Shown: positions 50,096 to 60,858, numbered from the stretch's first letter. The stretch: 64,000 nt of DNA from Bdellovibrionales bacterium (GCA_965217115.1 OZ244239.1:1632001-1696000), one strand, 5' to 3'. The notes: a model not told the origin generated them from the sequence alone. Translations and numbers: made by a program.

Positions 50096-50812
50096 TTATA
50101 AATTTTTAAGAATTTGAGCGATTTCACTGGCATTGAGTGTCATAGAGATAAAAAAACCTCCACGGGAGGAATTCTTTTCTGGAATATAGGCATATTTTCC
50201 TATGACTTGGTTGTCTTTTCGCTTTATAGAGAGCTCTTGATAATAATAGGGGTCAAGAGGGGTTTCTATATATAGGGCTAAAGCTCCATTGCCTTTGTAT
50301 GTGTGGATTGTGGCGTATGAGTCAATGTTTATCTCTTCATGTGTGAGGGTTTTTCCTGAGAGACCTGGCAGAGAGTCTCCGTTTGGTAGAGTTGAGGAAG
50401 TTTGCCCTGTTGGAGGTTTGGCAATGGAGGAGAGGGAAGTGTTTAGCATTAAACCCGAGAGACCGTCGGTCCTTGTCATTGCTCTCAGCGTTGTGCTGCT
50501 ATCAAGGTCTTTTGAGAAAGATAAAATATCGGTGTAGCTAGTTAAGGGCAGAAACAGGTTAAGATAAGGAGTGTCAGATGAAAGAGAGATAACTTGTGAG
50601 CCATCAAAAAACCCGCCAGCCACAGTAGAGTCGATTTTGAGATCTCTCCATGACCAAAGTCCAGGTTGGTTTTTACCCCCTCCTTGGGAGCAGGTCTGCT
50701 TCGTGCAATAAGTTGGAATGGAGAGGTCTTCTTGGAGGCCTTGTCCACAACCACTAAAAAATAAACTAGAGAGCACTAAAAAGAAAGATAAAGAAATCGT
50801 GTTTTTATTCAT
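50096..50812 (-). CDS. Hypothetical lipoprotein
   Basis: SD GGAG before MNKN; lipobox FSGC; LPNGDSLPG motif. Confidence 0.7.
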   Translation of the reverse strand: MNKNTISLSFFLVLSSLFFSGCGQGLQEDLSIPTYCTKQTCSQGGGKNQPGLWSWRDLKIDSTVAGGFFDGSQVISLSSDTPYLNLFLPLTSYTDILSFSKDLDSSTTLRAMTRTDGLSGLMLNTSLSSIAKPPTGQTSSTLPNGDSLPGLSGKTLTHEEINIDSYATIHTYKGNGALALYIETPLDPYYYQELSIKRKDNQVIGKYAYIPEKNSSRGGFFISMTLNASEIAQILKNL

Positions 50813-50840
50813 AATAGCAATCTCCATCGAAGTTAAAAGC

Positions 50841-50868
50841 TTATCGTCTTAAAATCAGGTTAGCTTGA
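50841..50868 (-). promoter_or_regulatory. Putative sigma-28 (FliA) promoter
   Basis: Minus strand TCAAG-N15-GACGATAA upstream of the lipoprotein gene. Confidence 0.45.
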
Positions 50869-51041
50869 TCTATAAGGCATATAAATAACTAAGAAAAGTG
50901 TAGAGAAGTTTGTCAAAAAAAAAGGGTTTTAATAAGTATTAATTTTTTTGTAAAAATTATCTTCATATTTTATAAGATATCCCCTTTAAGTGAGGAAACT
51001 GTTTAGCAACGCTCGCTACATAAGAAGTGATGGGAGGTTTG

Positions 51042-52181
51042 TTAAGAGAAGACTTTGCTCAATGTAATACCAAATGATTCTACGGACTGTAGTTCGGTGA
51101 CTTCTTTGATTTGTCGTTTTCCATGGCTGTTTTTTTCGACGACAATAATAAAATCTATTGTTGATTGAATAAGATTTCGAATGGAGCTGAGACTCCATTG
51201 AGGGGCTCCGAGTTGAATGAGCATCTCTAAGCGAGTGATAGCTTCTTGAGTATTGCGAGCATGGAGCGTTCCTGCGCATCCACGATGTCCCGTGGCCATG
51301 GCAAGCAGGAGATCCTTAGCTTCGTCACCACGAATTTCCCCGATAATGAGTCGATCAGGGCGCATTCTTAGGGATTGTTTGACGAGATCAGAGAGATGAA
51401 TGTCTTTTAGTAAATCGTTAGGATCAAAACGAGTCATTAAACGAACACTGGATGTATTTGGAGGAACTAATTCAGCTGTATCTTCTAAAATAATACAGCG
51501 CTCATTTTTTGGAAGTTCTTGGAGGAAGGCGTTCAGAACAGATGTTTTGCCACTGCTCGTTGGGCCTACAATAAGAAAGTTTTTCTTTTCTTTTAATGCT
51601 TGATAAATAAATCCAAAAGCTGCGTTGCTGGCCCATTGACACTCGTTTAGTTTTTTCAGAGTCCATGGGCTGTTTGGGTGGCGACGGAGGCTGATAATGG
51701 GCCCATTTTCAGATACGGGATTTGTAATAATGTGAACACGAAAATTTTTCCATTTTCCATTAGCAAAAGGTGTTGAAATGTTAACGTGTGTATTGCTCTG
51801 TTCACAAAACATGAGGAACCATCTGTGAAAAGTCTCTTTTGAGAGAAAGGCGTTTTTCTGTCTCTCAAGTGAGCCGTCTCTGTCTATCCAAATTTCTTGA
51901 TCACTGTTAATGATGATCTCCTTAAGAGTCTCATCGTTTAGAAGTTGATTGAGAGGACCATGTTGAAAGAATTCATTTTCTAATCGCTCCCGATCATTCT
52001 TCTCATATAAAGCAAGGTGTTTATTGATAATATCTTTAATAGGCTCAGGAGATGAATGGGAAGACAGAGCGTCTGGACTTAAACTGCCAGAGACATGGAT
52101 GTCTTTGTGTATAGAGTCAACAGTTTGCATGAGTGTCTCTTTGTCCATGGGGTCCTTTTTAAGTGGAGAGTTTTTTTGCAT
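51042..52181 (-). CDS. tadA: CpaF/TadA family pilus ATPase
   Basis: GPL..LL, GPTSSGKTS, LEDTAEL, LRMRPDRLIIGEIRG, TGHRG..GTLHA. Confidence 0.9.
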   Translation of the reverse strand: MQKNSPLKKDPMDKETLMQTVDSIHKDIHVSGSLSPDALSSHSSPEPIKDIINKHLALYEKNDRERLENEFFQHGPLNQLLNDETLKEIIINSDQEIWIDRDGSLERQKNAFLSKETFHRWFLMFCEQSNTHVNISTPFANGKWKNFRVHIITNPVSENGPIISLRRHPNSPWTLKKLNECQWASNAAFGFIYQALKEKKNFLIVGPTSSGKTSVLNAFLQELPKNERCIILEDTAELVPPNTSSVRLMTRFDPNDLLKDIHLSDLVKQSLRMRPDRLIIGEIRGDEAKDLLLAMATGHRGCAGTLHARNTQEAITRLEMLIQLGAPQWSLSSIRNLIQSTIDFIIVVEKNSHGKRQIKEVTELQSVESFGITLSKVFS

Positions 52182-52184
52182 TTG

Positions 52185-53585
52185 TTACTTCTCAGAGAGG
52201 AATTTTTTTATAATAGGATTGATGTACTTTATATTTTTTATTTCTTCGCGTAAGCCGTGTCGTTTTTTTCGTGTAGAGATCATTTTAGGTGTGACAAAAA
52301 TGACGAGTTCCGTTTTATCCATAAGAAAATTACGACTAGAGAATAGGCGTCCAATGATTGGGAGTCTCGAAATAAAAGGAAACCCCTCAGCAGCTTTGCC
52401 TTGATTCTGCTGAACAAGGCCCGACAGAACAATAGTTTGTGATTCAGAGAGATTAAAGTGACTCTTGATGCGATTCGTATTGAGAGCAGGCAGGCCATTG
52501 GCAGAATGGCCCATGTCGAGAGAGGAAACTTCAGTTTCAATGCCGATACTCATTTGTCCACGAAGATCGGCTTTGGGAGATATCTTAAGAAGGACTCCAT
52601 ACTTTTTCCATACGACATGCTGTTTCCCTTTGTTTATGATCTGTATGGGTATTTCTCCTCCAGCAAGAAAGCTAGCTGACTTACCGCTTTGGCAAACAAG
52701 GGTTGGCGTTGCAAGGATTCGATTTTTTCCATTTCTCTCTAGCGCATGAAGCGAAGCGATGAGGTCTTGTGATGAATAGGACGGTGATAGAATATTGGTT
52801 TTATAGAAAGAGTTCCATTGAACACCTAGACTTTGAACTTCAGAACGCTTCATCTCAGCGACAGTTATTTGAACTCTAACCATGGGCGCACTGGCGAGAA
52901 TATAGGGGGAGAGTTTGATGTTGATTCCGTAGGGGGAAGAGATATATGTGTAGGAATTTTTTATTTTTTTTAATGACTGGGGCATCTGAAAATGCAAATG
53001 AGGAAAAAATTGTAGATTTAAAGGCTGTAGGTTATTTTTTGAAAAAAGTTGATTGAAATGCTGATGAATCTCTTCTCTAAGATATTCAGAGATATTAGCT
53101 TTAAATTTAAAATTAGATGTGGAATCCATACCTTGAGCAATGATAAGCCAATCTTTCAAGCGCAGGAGTTTTCCTCGAAGGGAGATTTGATGATTTTCGT
53201 CAACATCGATTCGTAGGCCTTTCATGGAGTCAGTGAGGTGAAGAAGCTTTTTGTAGGTTTTATAATTTTTTTTTGAAATAACAAAGAGTGTCTTTGATTG
53301 ATTAGATATTTTAATAAAAGCTGTCCCGATTTTGTAAGCGGTGAGTTGTATTTGTGAATGAAGATCTTTTATTTTAGCGATATGTCCGTTGCTGAGCCAG
53401 ATATGATCATCGGCTTTTATGGGTAAAAGGATTCTTTGACCAATAGCAAGCACGAGGCTGTCTGAGTCTTTTGCTGAAGCCCTTGAATTTGCAAGAATAC
53501 GATTTGAATGGAAAAGAAAAGAGAAAAAAATAAATAATAATAAATGGCGGGAGAGATATCTGGAAAAAAAGTTGAGACAAGGCAT
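52185..53585 (-). CDS. CpaC/RcpA-type secretin (start uncertain)
   Basis: SGKSASFLAGGEIPI, YGVLL, P..SRLPIIGRLF, TELVIFVTP. Confidence 0.88.
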   Translation of the reverse strand: MPCLNFFSRYLSRHLLLFIFFSFLFHSNRILANSRASAKDSDSLVLAIGQRILLPIKADDHIWLSNGHIAKIKDLHSQIQLTAYKIGTAFIKISNQSKTLFVISKKNYKTYKKLLHLTDSMKGLRIDVDENHQISLRGKLLRLKDWLIIAQGMDSTSNFKFKANISEYLREEIHQHFNQLFSKNNLQPLNLQFFPHLHFQMPQSLKKIKNSYTYISSPYGINIKLSPYILASAPMVRVQITVAEMKRSEVQSLGVQWNSFYKTNILSPSYSSQDLIASLHALERNGKNRILATPTLVCQSGKSASFLAGGEIPIQIINKGKQHVVWKKYGVLLKISPKADLRGQMSIGIETEVSSLDMGHSANGLPALNTNRIKSHFNLSESQTIVLSGLVQQNQGKAAEGFPFISRLPIIGRLFSSRNFLMDKTELVIFVTPKMISTRKKRHGLREEIKNIKYINPIIKKFLSEK

Positions 53586-53940
53586 GGGGGTTATCTTTGC
53601 AACTCCCACGACGCTGGAAATAGCTGTTATTTGTTTTTAGATGAATAAATTTGTCCGTTAGTTCAAGTTTCGGATAACAGGGAGGCTGTTTTAAATAGAG
53701 GGAGGGGAACTGCTTAAAAAATAAGCACAACGCTGGTGTTTAACTCCCTATAACCTCCCTTTAATTCAATTTAAATTTAGAGCCACAGGGGCTAGTAAGT
53801 ATTTAGAATCTTTATTTGAATTAAGGAATTGACATCAGATGTTGAATGGGTGATTCAAAGTACAGTGTTCATGAAATGAATGTGACGAGGCGTTTTTCTA
53901 CTGATTATTTATCAGTGTTCAAAAAAAGGAGAGATGGAAA

Positions 53941-55974
53941 ATGAAGATGGAAATGATGGCCCCAATAGCGGGTATTCTGGGATTGTTAATTGCGGCAATT
54001 ATTTACAGGAACGTTGTGGGCAAACCAGCAGGGAACGAAAAAATGCAAGCCATTGGCGATGAAATTTACCTTGGAGCAATGACTTTTCTAAAAGCTGAGT
54101 ACAGTAAATTAGTGATCTTTGTTGCTATTGTGGCTGGGTTGCTTTTATGGCAATTTGATATGGCAACGGGTTTGTCATTTATTTGTGGAGCTTTAGCATC
54201 AGGTCTGGCTGGTTACATAGGTATGAAAGCGGCAACTAAGAGTAATGTAAGAACAGCCGCAGCGGCTAAAGACAGCGGAGTGGCTTCGGCACTTCTTGTT
54301 GCCTTCAATGGTGGGGCTGTGATGGGACTTTCCGTCGCGAGTTTAGGTCTCTTGGGCTTAGGGACTCTTTATTATCTTTTTGCTGACATGATGATTCAAG
54401 ATACAGAACGGGTTTTCATTCTCAGTGGTTTTTCCATGGGTGCTTCTTCGATTGCTCTTTTCGCTCGTATTGGTGGAGGAATATTCACTAAGGCAGCCGA
54501 TGTCGGTTCCGATCTTGTTGGAAAAGTAGAAGCCGGTATTCCTGAAGATGATCCTCGGAACCCTGGTGTGATTGCCGATAATGTAGGTGACAACGTGGGT
54601 GATGTAGCAGGTATGGGTGCTGATATCTTTGAATCCTACGTCGGAGCTATGGTAGCGGCAATCACAATTGCTGTGACGATGGGTGCAGGGCAGATCACAA
54701 ATTTGTTTGGTGGGGGAGTTTCGGTACAGATGTTGGTGATCTTGCCGTTGATGTTAGCTGTTTTAGGTTTAGCCGCTTCTGTTTTTGGCATTTTTGGGAT
54801 GAATTTTTTTAAAAATCTGGCTCCAGCGAAGGCCTTGGCTGTTTCTGAATTCTCGGCGGCAGCATTGTTTTTGTTGGCAGCGGCGTGGTTTTTATCCGCC
54901 TTTGGTTACGGTTTTTCCCTGTTTTGGGCGATTTTAGCTGGAAGCGCATGTGGAGTTCTTATTGGTAAGGCAACAGAGTACTACACGTCCTCTAAGCCTG
55001 TTTTTAAAATTGTCGAAGCTTCTAAGACAGGACCAGCAACAAATATCATTGCGGGTATATCTGTCGGATTAGAATCCTGTGCAATTCCTCTTTTTCTTAT
55101 TGTTGTCGCGATTTATTTTTCCCATCACTTCGCAGGTCTCTACGGAATTGCTATGGCGGCGGTCGGGATGTTAGCCACAGTGGGTGTGACGATGACGATT
55201 GATGCCTACGGCCCAGTGGCGGATAATGCTGGGGGGATTTCTGAAATGTCTGGTTTAGGCCCTGAGGTTCGTAAAATCACTGATGGCTTAGATGCAATTG
55301 GTAATACTACGGCGGCCATGGGTAAAGGTTTTGCCATCGGTTCAGCGGCATTGACAGCTCTTGCGCTTTTTGTGGCTTACAAACAAGCGGTGATTGTTGG
55401 AGGATCTGACATATCTATGGATATTACTCAGCCTGATGTGGTTATGGGTATGTTTTTAGGAGCAATGGTTGTTCTTTTTGCGGCGGCTTTGACGATGACT
55501 TCTGTCGGTAAAGCAGCCTCTGAGATGGTGACTGAAATACGTCGTCAATTTAAAGAGATTCCTGGATTACTAGAGGGAACTGGAAAACCAGATACCGCTC
55601 GTTGTGTAAAAATATCTACGGATGCAGCCTTGCGTGAAATGGTTTTACCAGGTGTGATTGCAGTGATTTCTCCAGTGATAGTTGGTTTTCTTCTTGGGCC
55701 AGCGGCTTTGGGAGGAATGTTGGCAGGTTCATTGGTGACAGGTGTGACATTGGCTCTCTTGATGTCTAATGCAGGGGGAGCTTGGGATAATGCTAAGAAG
55801 TTTGTCGAGAAAGGCGATATTCCTGGTGAGAAGAAAGGAACCCCAGTTCATGACGCTACTGTTATTGGTGATACAGTGGGAGATCCATTTAAAGATACGA
55901 CAGGCCCTGCTATGAATATTCTAATTAAACTAATGTCTATTGTGGCATTGATTTTAGCTCCGTTAATTATTTAG
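53941..55974 (+). CDS. hppA: Membrane ion-translocating pyrophosphatase (K+-dependent, probably Na+-pumping)
   Basis: [42 protein letters not shown]. Confidence 0.95.
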   Translation: MKMEMMAPIAGILGLLIAAIIYRNVVGKPAGNEKMQAIGDEIYLGAMTFLKAEYSKLVIFVAIVAGLLLWQFDMATGLSFICGALASGLAGYIGMKAATKSNVRTAAAAKDSGVASALLVAFNGGAVMGLSVASLGLLGLGTLYYLFADMMIQDTERVFILSGFSMGASSIALFARIGGGIFTKAADVGSDLVGKVEAGIPEDDPRNPGVIADNVGDNVGDVAGMGADIFESYVGAMVAAITIAVTMGAGQITNLFGGGVSVQMLVILPLMLAVLGLAASVFGIFGMNFFKNLAPAKALAVSEFSAAALFLLAAAWFLSAFGYGFSLFWAILAGSACGVLIGKATEYYTSSKPVFKIVEASKTGPATNIIAGISVGLESCAIPLFLIVVAIYFSHHFAGLYGIAMAAVGMLATVGVTMTIDAYGPVADNAGGISEMSGLGPEVRKITDGLDAIGNTTAAMGKGFAIGSAALTALALFVAYKQAVIVGGSDISMDITQPDVVMGMFLGAMVVLFAAALTMTSVGKAASEMVTEIRRQFKEIPGLLEGTGKPDTARCVKISTDAALREMVLPGVIAVISPVIVGFLLGPAALGGMLAGSLVTGVTLALLMSNAGGAWDNAKKFVEKGDIPGEKKGTPVHDATVIGDTVGDPFKDTTGPAMNILIKLMSIVALILAPLII

Positions 55975-55998
55975 TTAGGATTTTTTTTTAGAAAAAAC

Positions 55999-56030
55999 AA
56001 AAAAGCTCGGTTTGTACCTGGGCTTTTTTT
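55999..56030 (+). terminator. Rho-independent terminator after hppA
   Basis: GCTCGG...CTGGGC hairpin with A-run before and T7 after. Confidence 0.65.
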
Positions 56031-56145
56031 GTTAGTGACCAATTAAAAAAAAATCTTCAAAGAACACGCTTAAATATTTATTGTTATTATTTAGTTAGGA
56101 AGAGCCGATCACTTATTGAGATGATGTTTATCAAGGGAATGACGA

Positions 56146-57174
56146 ATGCATCGCAGTGATAAAAACTATCTTTTAAATCAAGACAAATGCTGTGGAGAAA
56201 TTCAAAAAGGAAGGTTTTTTTTTCAAAACCTACAAACAGAGCATGTAGGAATGATGATTTCTGACGACTTTCCAGCGTCATTTACCCACGTAAAAACAAA
56301 TAAAAAAATATGCTCATTTGGAAACAGAGGATTTATTGCTTTTGAGGATTTTTTTAATACTTGGGTTGTTGCAGGGGAACCGATCTCTTTGAAAGAGGAC
56401 ATAAGTAAAGAGTGGTTGTTGAGAGCTTTCAGTAAAAAGGCACATTCTCTTGGCAAGAGGGTCTGTGGTTACTATACGACAAGAAAAATAGCAGATGATG
56501 AGTTCTCCTATTTTCGTATTGGAGTTTCTAATGTTGTTGATATTCCGAAATTTAATTTAGAAGGGAAGAAATTTGTTGAAGTTCGTCGAGCATTGAACCA
56601 AGGTAAGAAAAGTCGGTTAAGCTTTTTAGAAATAGCACATAAAGAAAAAGACAAATGGATCAGGGAAATATCTAGGCATTATAAAGACTGGTTATCAAGT
56701 AAGAAACAACCCGAGGTGAAGTTTCTACTCTCTCGGCCACAAAATATTTTCCCCTATTCAGAAAAAGAAAGATGGTTTGTGGTAATGAGAGATGGAGCTA
56801 TTCACGCTTTTGCTTCACTGCTTCCTTGTGGGACGAAGTCTTGGTATTTAGACTCATCGATACAATGTATTAAGAGTCATAAGTTTGCTTTAGATTTTTT
56901 ACTGACAGAAGTCTGTTTACTTTTAAAATCAGAAAGAGAGAGTAGATTCTATATGGGTCTGAATGCTTTCTGTATTAAGAATCCAAAGAATCGGATTGAA
57001 AAAGTGGTCTTGTTTGGTAAAAAATTTTATTGGCCCTATCGGTCATCAGGACTTTATTTTTTCAAATCTAAATTCACAGGACGTGAAGAAGAACGTTTTT
57101 TCTTTATAGAAAAAGGGAAAAATTTTTTCCTACAGATGCTTGCAATGTTTTGGGTGACTTTCATAGGTTCTTGA
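56146..57174 (+). CDS. Stand-alone MprF/DUF2156-like aminoacyl-transfer domain protein (start uncertain)
   Basis: VVAGEP, FNLEGKK...RRALN, GLYFFKSKF motifs of the MprF synthase domain; no flippase domain. Confidence 0.7.
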   Translation: MHRSDKNYLLNQDKCCGEIQKGRFFFQNLQTEHVGMMISDDFPASFTHVKTNKKICSFGNRGFIAFEDFFNTWVVAGEPISLKEDISKEWLLRAFSKKAHSLGKRVCGYYTTRKIADDEFSYFRIGVSNVVDIPKFNLEGKKFVEVRRALNQGKKSRLSFLEIAHKEKDKWIREISRHYKDWLSSKKQPEVKFLLSRPQNIFPYSEKERWFVVMRDGAIHAFASLLPCGTKSWYLDSSIQCIKSHKFALDFLLTEVCLLLKSERESRFYMGLNAFCIKNPKNRIEKVVLFGKKFYWPYRSSGLYFFKSKFTGREEERFFFIEKGKNFFLQMLAMFWVTFIGS

Positions 57175-57190
57175 AGTGGGAGTGTGCTCA

Positions 57191-58237
57191 CTACTTTTTT
57201 AAGAGTTGGTTTAAGAGTCGGCGCATTTTTGTTAAGTGTCGTAAATTCTGTTTAGTTCTTAGGTAATCCTTAATAGGCTCTAAGGGATCGCCACCATAAG
57301 TTCCAGGTTCCGTGATATTCTTTAGAACAACTGACAAGGCTGCTAATTGGACATTGTCGCAGATTTCTACGTGGTCTGTGATGCTGGTTTTTCCCCCAGC
57401 GACAAAGTGATTTCCAATTTTAGAGGAGCCAGCAATGGCAAAGCCTGCAGTGATGAGACAGTGTTTGCCTATTTGGCAGTTATGGGCGATGTGGCAATGA
57501 TTGTCTATTTTTGTTCCCTCTCCAATAACCGTTTCGTTAAATGTCGCACGATCTATGGCGCATAGAGCCCCAATTTCAACGTGATCCTCCATGCGAACGA
57601 TACCTAGTTGGGGGATTTTATGGGATTTTCCTTGGGAATCTTGTGCGAACCCATAACCATCAGAACCTATGACCGCATGGCTTTGGATAAAACAGTGCTG
57701 CCCTATGATGCAATGGTGACCAATGACGGCATGGGCGGCGATGGATGTTCCAACGCCTATTTGTGCGTGATCTTCAATGACGGCATTGGCATGGATAGAG
57801 GTGTTCTCCCCCAACTGCACTTGGGTGCCAATGGCTGCTCCTGGGCCAATATAGATATTTTGAGGTAAAGTAACGTTGGGGCCTATAGTGGCCGTTGAAG
57901 AGATGACTTGAGACGTGGGTTGATCGGGGGTGAAGTATTGGCTATTGATCTTAGCCATGGCCATTTGCAGATGGGAAGTTTGTAACAGGCAAGCGGAGTG
58001 TTTTTTGAGATGGTTCACATCTATGGTGCCTGAAAAAATAATAATGCCCGCTTGGGCTGAAATGGCGTTCTCTATCTGCTCTAAAGAAGAGGCGTAACAG
58101 AGACAGGAAACAGAGGGTTGAGAGACAGAGCTAACACTAAGCACTTGATTTTCTTGGTCTCCACAGATGTATGTGAGAAGTTTGGGAAAGTCTTTGAGTA
58201 TCTGTCGGCCGTTGAGGGCGATCATTTTCTTCTCCAT
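57191..58237 (-). CDS. lpxD: UDP-3-O-(3-hydroxyacyl)glucosamine N-acyltransferase
   Basis: [30 protein letters not shown], hexapeptide repeats. Confidence 0.95.
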   Translation of the reverse strand: MEKKMIALNGRQILKDFPKLLTYICGDQENQVLSVSSVSQPSVSCLCYASSLEQIENAISAQAGIIIFSGTIDVNHLKKHSACLLQTSHLQMAMAKINSQYFTPDQPTSQVISSTATIGPNVTLPQNIYIGPGAAIGTQVQLGENTSIHANAVIEDHAQIGVGTSIAAHAVIGHHCIIGQHCFIQSHAVIGSDGYGFAQDSQGKSHKIPQLGIVRMEDHVEIGALCAIDRATFNETVIGEGTKIDNHCHIAHNCQIGKHCLITAGFAIAGSSKIGNHFVAGGKTSITDHVEICDNVQLAALSVVLKNITEPGTYGGDPLEPIKDYLRTKQNLRHLTKMRRLLNQLLKK

Positions 58238-58448
58238 TTTTTATTCATAAAATGAGGATTGTTTTTGTTAATTTTACAAATTTTGGGGACAAAACCTTTT
58301 TAGTTTTAGTTCTTACTGGACAATAGAGCTTAACTTATTGTAATGTCCAGAGAAATTCGAGATTAGAAGACTTTGATGACCGATGGACCCTCTTTTTGCT
58401 GGTCCCTTTGCTGTGAAACTGCAGAAAGTCTTTTTTAAGGAGGCCAGT

Positions 58449-58940
58449 TTGGCGAAAAAAAAGAAGGCTGTGACCAAGAAGAAAGCGACTAAGAAGGCTG
58501 TGACCAAGAAAAAAGCGACTAAGAAGGCTGTGACCAAGAAGAAAGCGACCAAGAAGGCTGTGACCAAGAAGAAAACAGTCAAAAAAGCATCCGTATCTGC
58601 TAAGAAAATGTCTGAGAAGACAGATGTAAAAACACTTGAGATCCAGCCTAAAATCCTTCAAAGAAAGGCAAGGAAGGATCCACTTTTGATAAAAAAGCTC
58701 ACTCGTGCTGAAGAGAAGGCTTTATTAGAGGCCTCTGAGATGACACGTAAATGGCTTGCACTTTATCGTCGATCTTCAAATACCGATGCTCCTAATTACT
58801 CTATGGGAGAAAAATATGGGGTGTCAGGCCCCATAGAGCATAAAACCCTTGGTTGGGGGTACATCTTGTCAAACGTGAACGATCGTTTAGAAATTATCTT
58901 CAAAAAAGGGGTTAAGACTCTGATTTCTAATTATGATTAG
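58449..58940 (+). CDS. H1-like Lys/Ala repeat protein with globular C-terminal domain
   Basis: SD AAGGAGG before TTG 58449; KKAVTKKKAT repeats; C-terminal HKTLGWGY..NDRLEI.F..G.K.LISNY. Confidence 0.75.
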   Translation: MAKKKKAVTKKKATKKAVTKKKATKKAVTKKKATKKAVTKKKTVKKASVSAKKMSEKTDVKTLEIQPKILQRKARKDPLLIKKLTRAEEKALLEASEMTRKWLALYRRSSNTDAPNYSMGEKYGVSGPIEHKTLGWGYILSNVNDRLEIIFKKGVKTLISNYD

Positions 58941-59156
58941 GTCTCTTTTGAAAAAAATAAGTGCTTAAAAATCAGGCAAGTCCTAGAGAGCATCTGCTTA
59001 GGTCCAATAAAACTGCCTTTTCCTGGACTTAAATCTTAAATAAAATGAAAAAAAATTGATTATTAGTGTCAAATATTCTTAGGCTATTTATGTGGCTTCT
59101 TGGTGGGTCGTTTTTTGTGACATGGAAGTCATTGGTTGTATTGCTAGAGGGGATAT

Positions 59157-59585
59157 ATGACATCAGATGGACGATTTACCGAATCCAGGTTTTTTTCGCC
59201 GATTTTTAACTCGGCTATTTTTGATGGCCCTATTCGTATTTACTTTGCGCAGCCCCAGGAGCCGTTGGCTCTGGGGCTTCATTTTGAAATTCATGAAAAG
59301 AATCGAAAACTCTTGGAGAGAGCAAAGAGCTGCGCCCGTGTTTGGGATGCGATGATCTGCATCATGCTCTATCCCGATACAGAGATGTTTGAGAAATCTT
59401 TTACAGCTAAAAACCAGAAAGAGATGTTTATTGCGACTGAAGCAATTGGAGAAGATCACATCATAGGGATTAGGGTTGAGCATGGGCAACAGACTTTTTC
59501 TGGAATAGTGTCTTTGATTGAAGACATTATAGAACACTGGGAAGACAAGGTAGTTAATGATGTTTCTGCCGTAAGAGTCTTTTAA
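59157..59585 (+). CDS. Hypothetical protein
   Basis: SD GAGGGG; 142-aa ORF. Confidence 0.65.
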   Translation: MTSDGRFTESRFFSPIFNSAIFDGPIRIYFAQPQEPLALGLHFEIHEKNRKLLERAKSCARVWDAMICIMLYPDTEMFEKSFTAKNQKEMFIATEAIGEDHIIGIRVEHGQQTFSGIVSLIEDIIEHWEDKVVNDVSAVRVF

Positions 59586-59733
59586 TAAGAGAAATTTTCT
59601 TTGTTCCACTCCAATTAATAGCTCCTTGTATTTTGAGTATCATATCTCCTGAATCGTTTAATAAGACTAAAGCTTGTTTCTTATTTCGATGATTTTAAAA
59701 AAATAAGCTGAAGTAAATTAGAGAGGACTTGAT

Positions 59734-59925
59734 ATGAAGAGAGAGATGCTAAAATCATCATCAGGTCAGATCGTTGTTGAATATGTTTTACTTATTGTCG
59801 TGGTTGTGATGCTGGCAACTCTTATTAGTAGTCAATTAGTGAATCGTAATAGTGAAAACCCAGGTTATTTAATAATGAAGTGGCAACAAATTTTACAAAC
59901 AATTGGTTCTGATCAATCTGATTAG
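59734..59925 (+). CDS. Flp/TadE-like type IVb prepilin
   Basis: Short leader, then G|QIVVEY and a hydrophobic helix; 63 aa; SD GAGG. Confidence 0.7.
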   Translation: MKREMLKSSSGQIVVEYVLLIVVVVMLATLISSQLVNRNSENPGYLIMKWQQILQTIGSDQSD

Positions 59926-59945
59926 TCCCATATAGCGATCGCCCC

Positions 59946-60716
59946 TTAAAAGACAGATTTACGTTCTTTTAACTCCTTGTTGAGGGCCTGTTGCATTTGC
60001 TCGCGGATATCATTGGCAAGTTCATGGACAAGTTCGGTGTTATCGGCCGCATCGGGGCCGTAGGGGAGATATAGAGGGTCAAAAATCTTAATTTTCCACT
60101 TTATGGGGAGTGGAATGATGTTTAGAGGTAGAGGCAGAACTAGGCCGTAAAGGTATTTGCTGAAGTTTAATTTACGCAGGTTGATGTGAGTCTCTTCTGC
60201 TCCAATGACAAGGGTGGGGATGATGGGGGATTGGGTTTTTAAGGCCATTCTTATAAAACCACGTTTAAATTCTTGAAGTCTATAGGCTTCAGAGGATGGT
60301 TTGAAGTTCCCATGCTCTCCTTCAGGGAATAAAACGACTAATTGTTCACGTTCAAGATATTTTAATCCGTTGTCTGTTGTGGCCTCAATAAAGCCAAGTT
60401 TTTCCGCAGGAACGGAAGTTGTTTTTGTTAAGAACCAGAGGTGGTGGGTTAAAACGCGTGGTACACGTTGAGTTCTTTTAGCTATTTCGTGAGTGAGGAC
60501 AAGGGCGTCGAAGCCAGAGTAACCCGAGTGATTGGGTGTCATAAGGAATCTGCCTTTTTTTGGGATTTTTTCAATGCCTTCAACTTGAATACGAAAATAT
60601 TTAGCAATAATCTCCATGAGTAAGTGAGGGAGAACTTTATAAATAAGAGCCTCTCGATTAAAGTTTTTTATATCGAGGAGATTTATATCTGGTAGGCTGA
60701 AGAATTTTTTAAGCAT
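59946..60716 (-). CDS. Lysophospholipid acyltransferase (PlsC-like)
   Basis: NHSG...D, FPEG, F.RGF..MA; start reassigned to MLKKFF. Confidence 0.85.
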   Translation of the reverse strand: MLKKFFSLPDINLLDIKNFNREALIYKVLPHLLMEIIAKYFRIQVEGIEKIPKKGRFLMTPNHSGYSGFDALVLTHEIAKRTQRVPRVLTHHLWFLTKTTSVPAEKLGFIEATTDNGLKYLEREQLVVLFPEGEHGNFKPSSEAYRLQEFKRGFIRMALKTQSPIIPTLVIGAEETHINLRKLNFSKYLYGLVLPLPLNIIPLPIKWKIKIFDPLYLPYGPDAADNTELVHELANDIREQMQQALNKELKERKSVF

Positions 60717-60858
60717 AATATGATTTACCTTAATCACCTGTATAAATGGTGACTCTTTGTATAACACCTTAACGTGTTGTTGTACAGGAAGAGAGTTTGT
60801 AGATAGACTGATAATATACAGCATTATTGTATTCAAATGAATGGGCTGGGAGAAAAGT

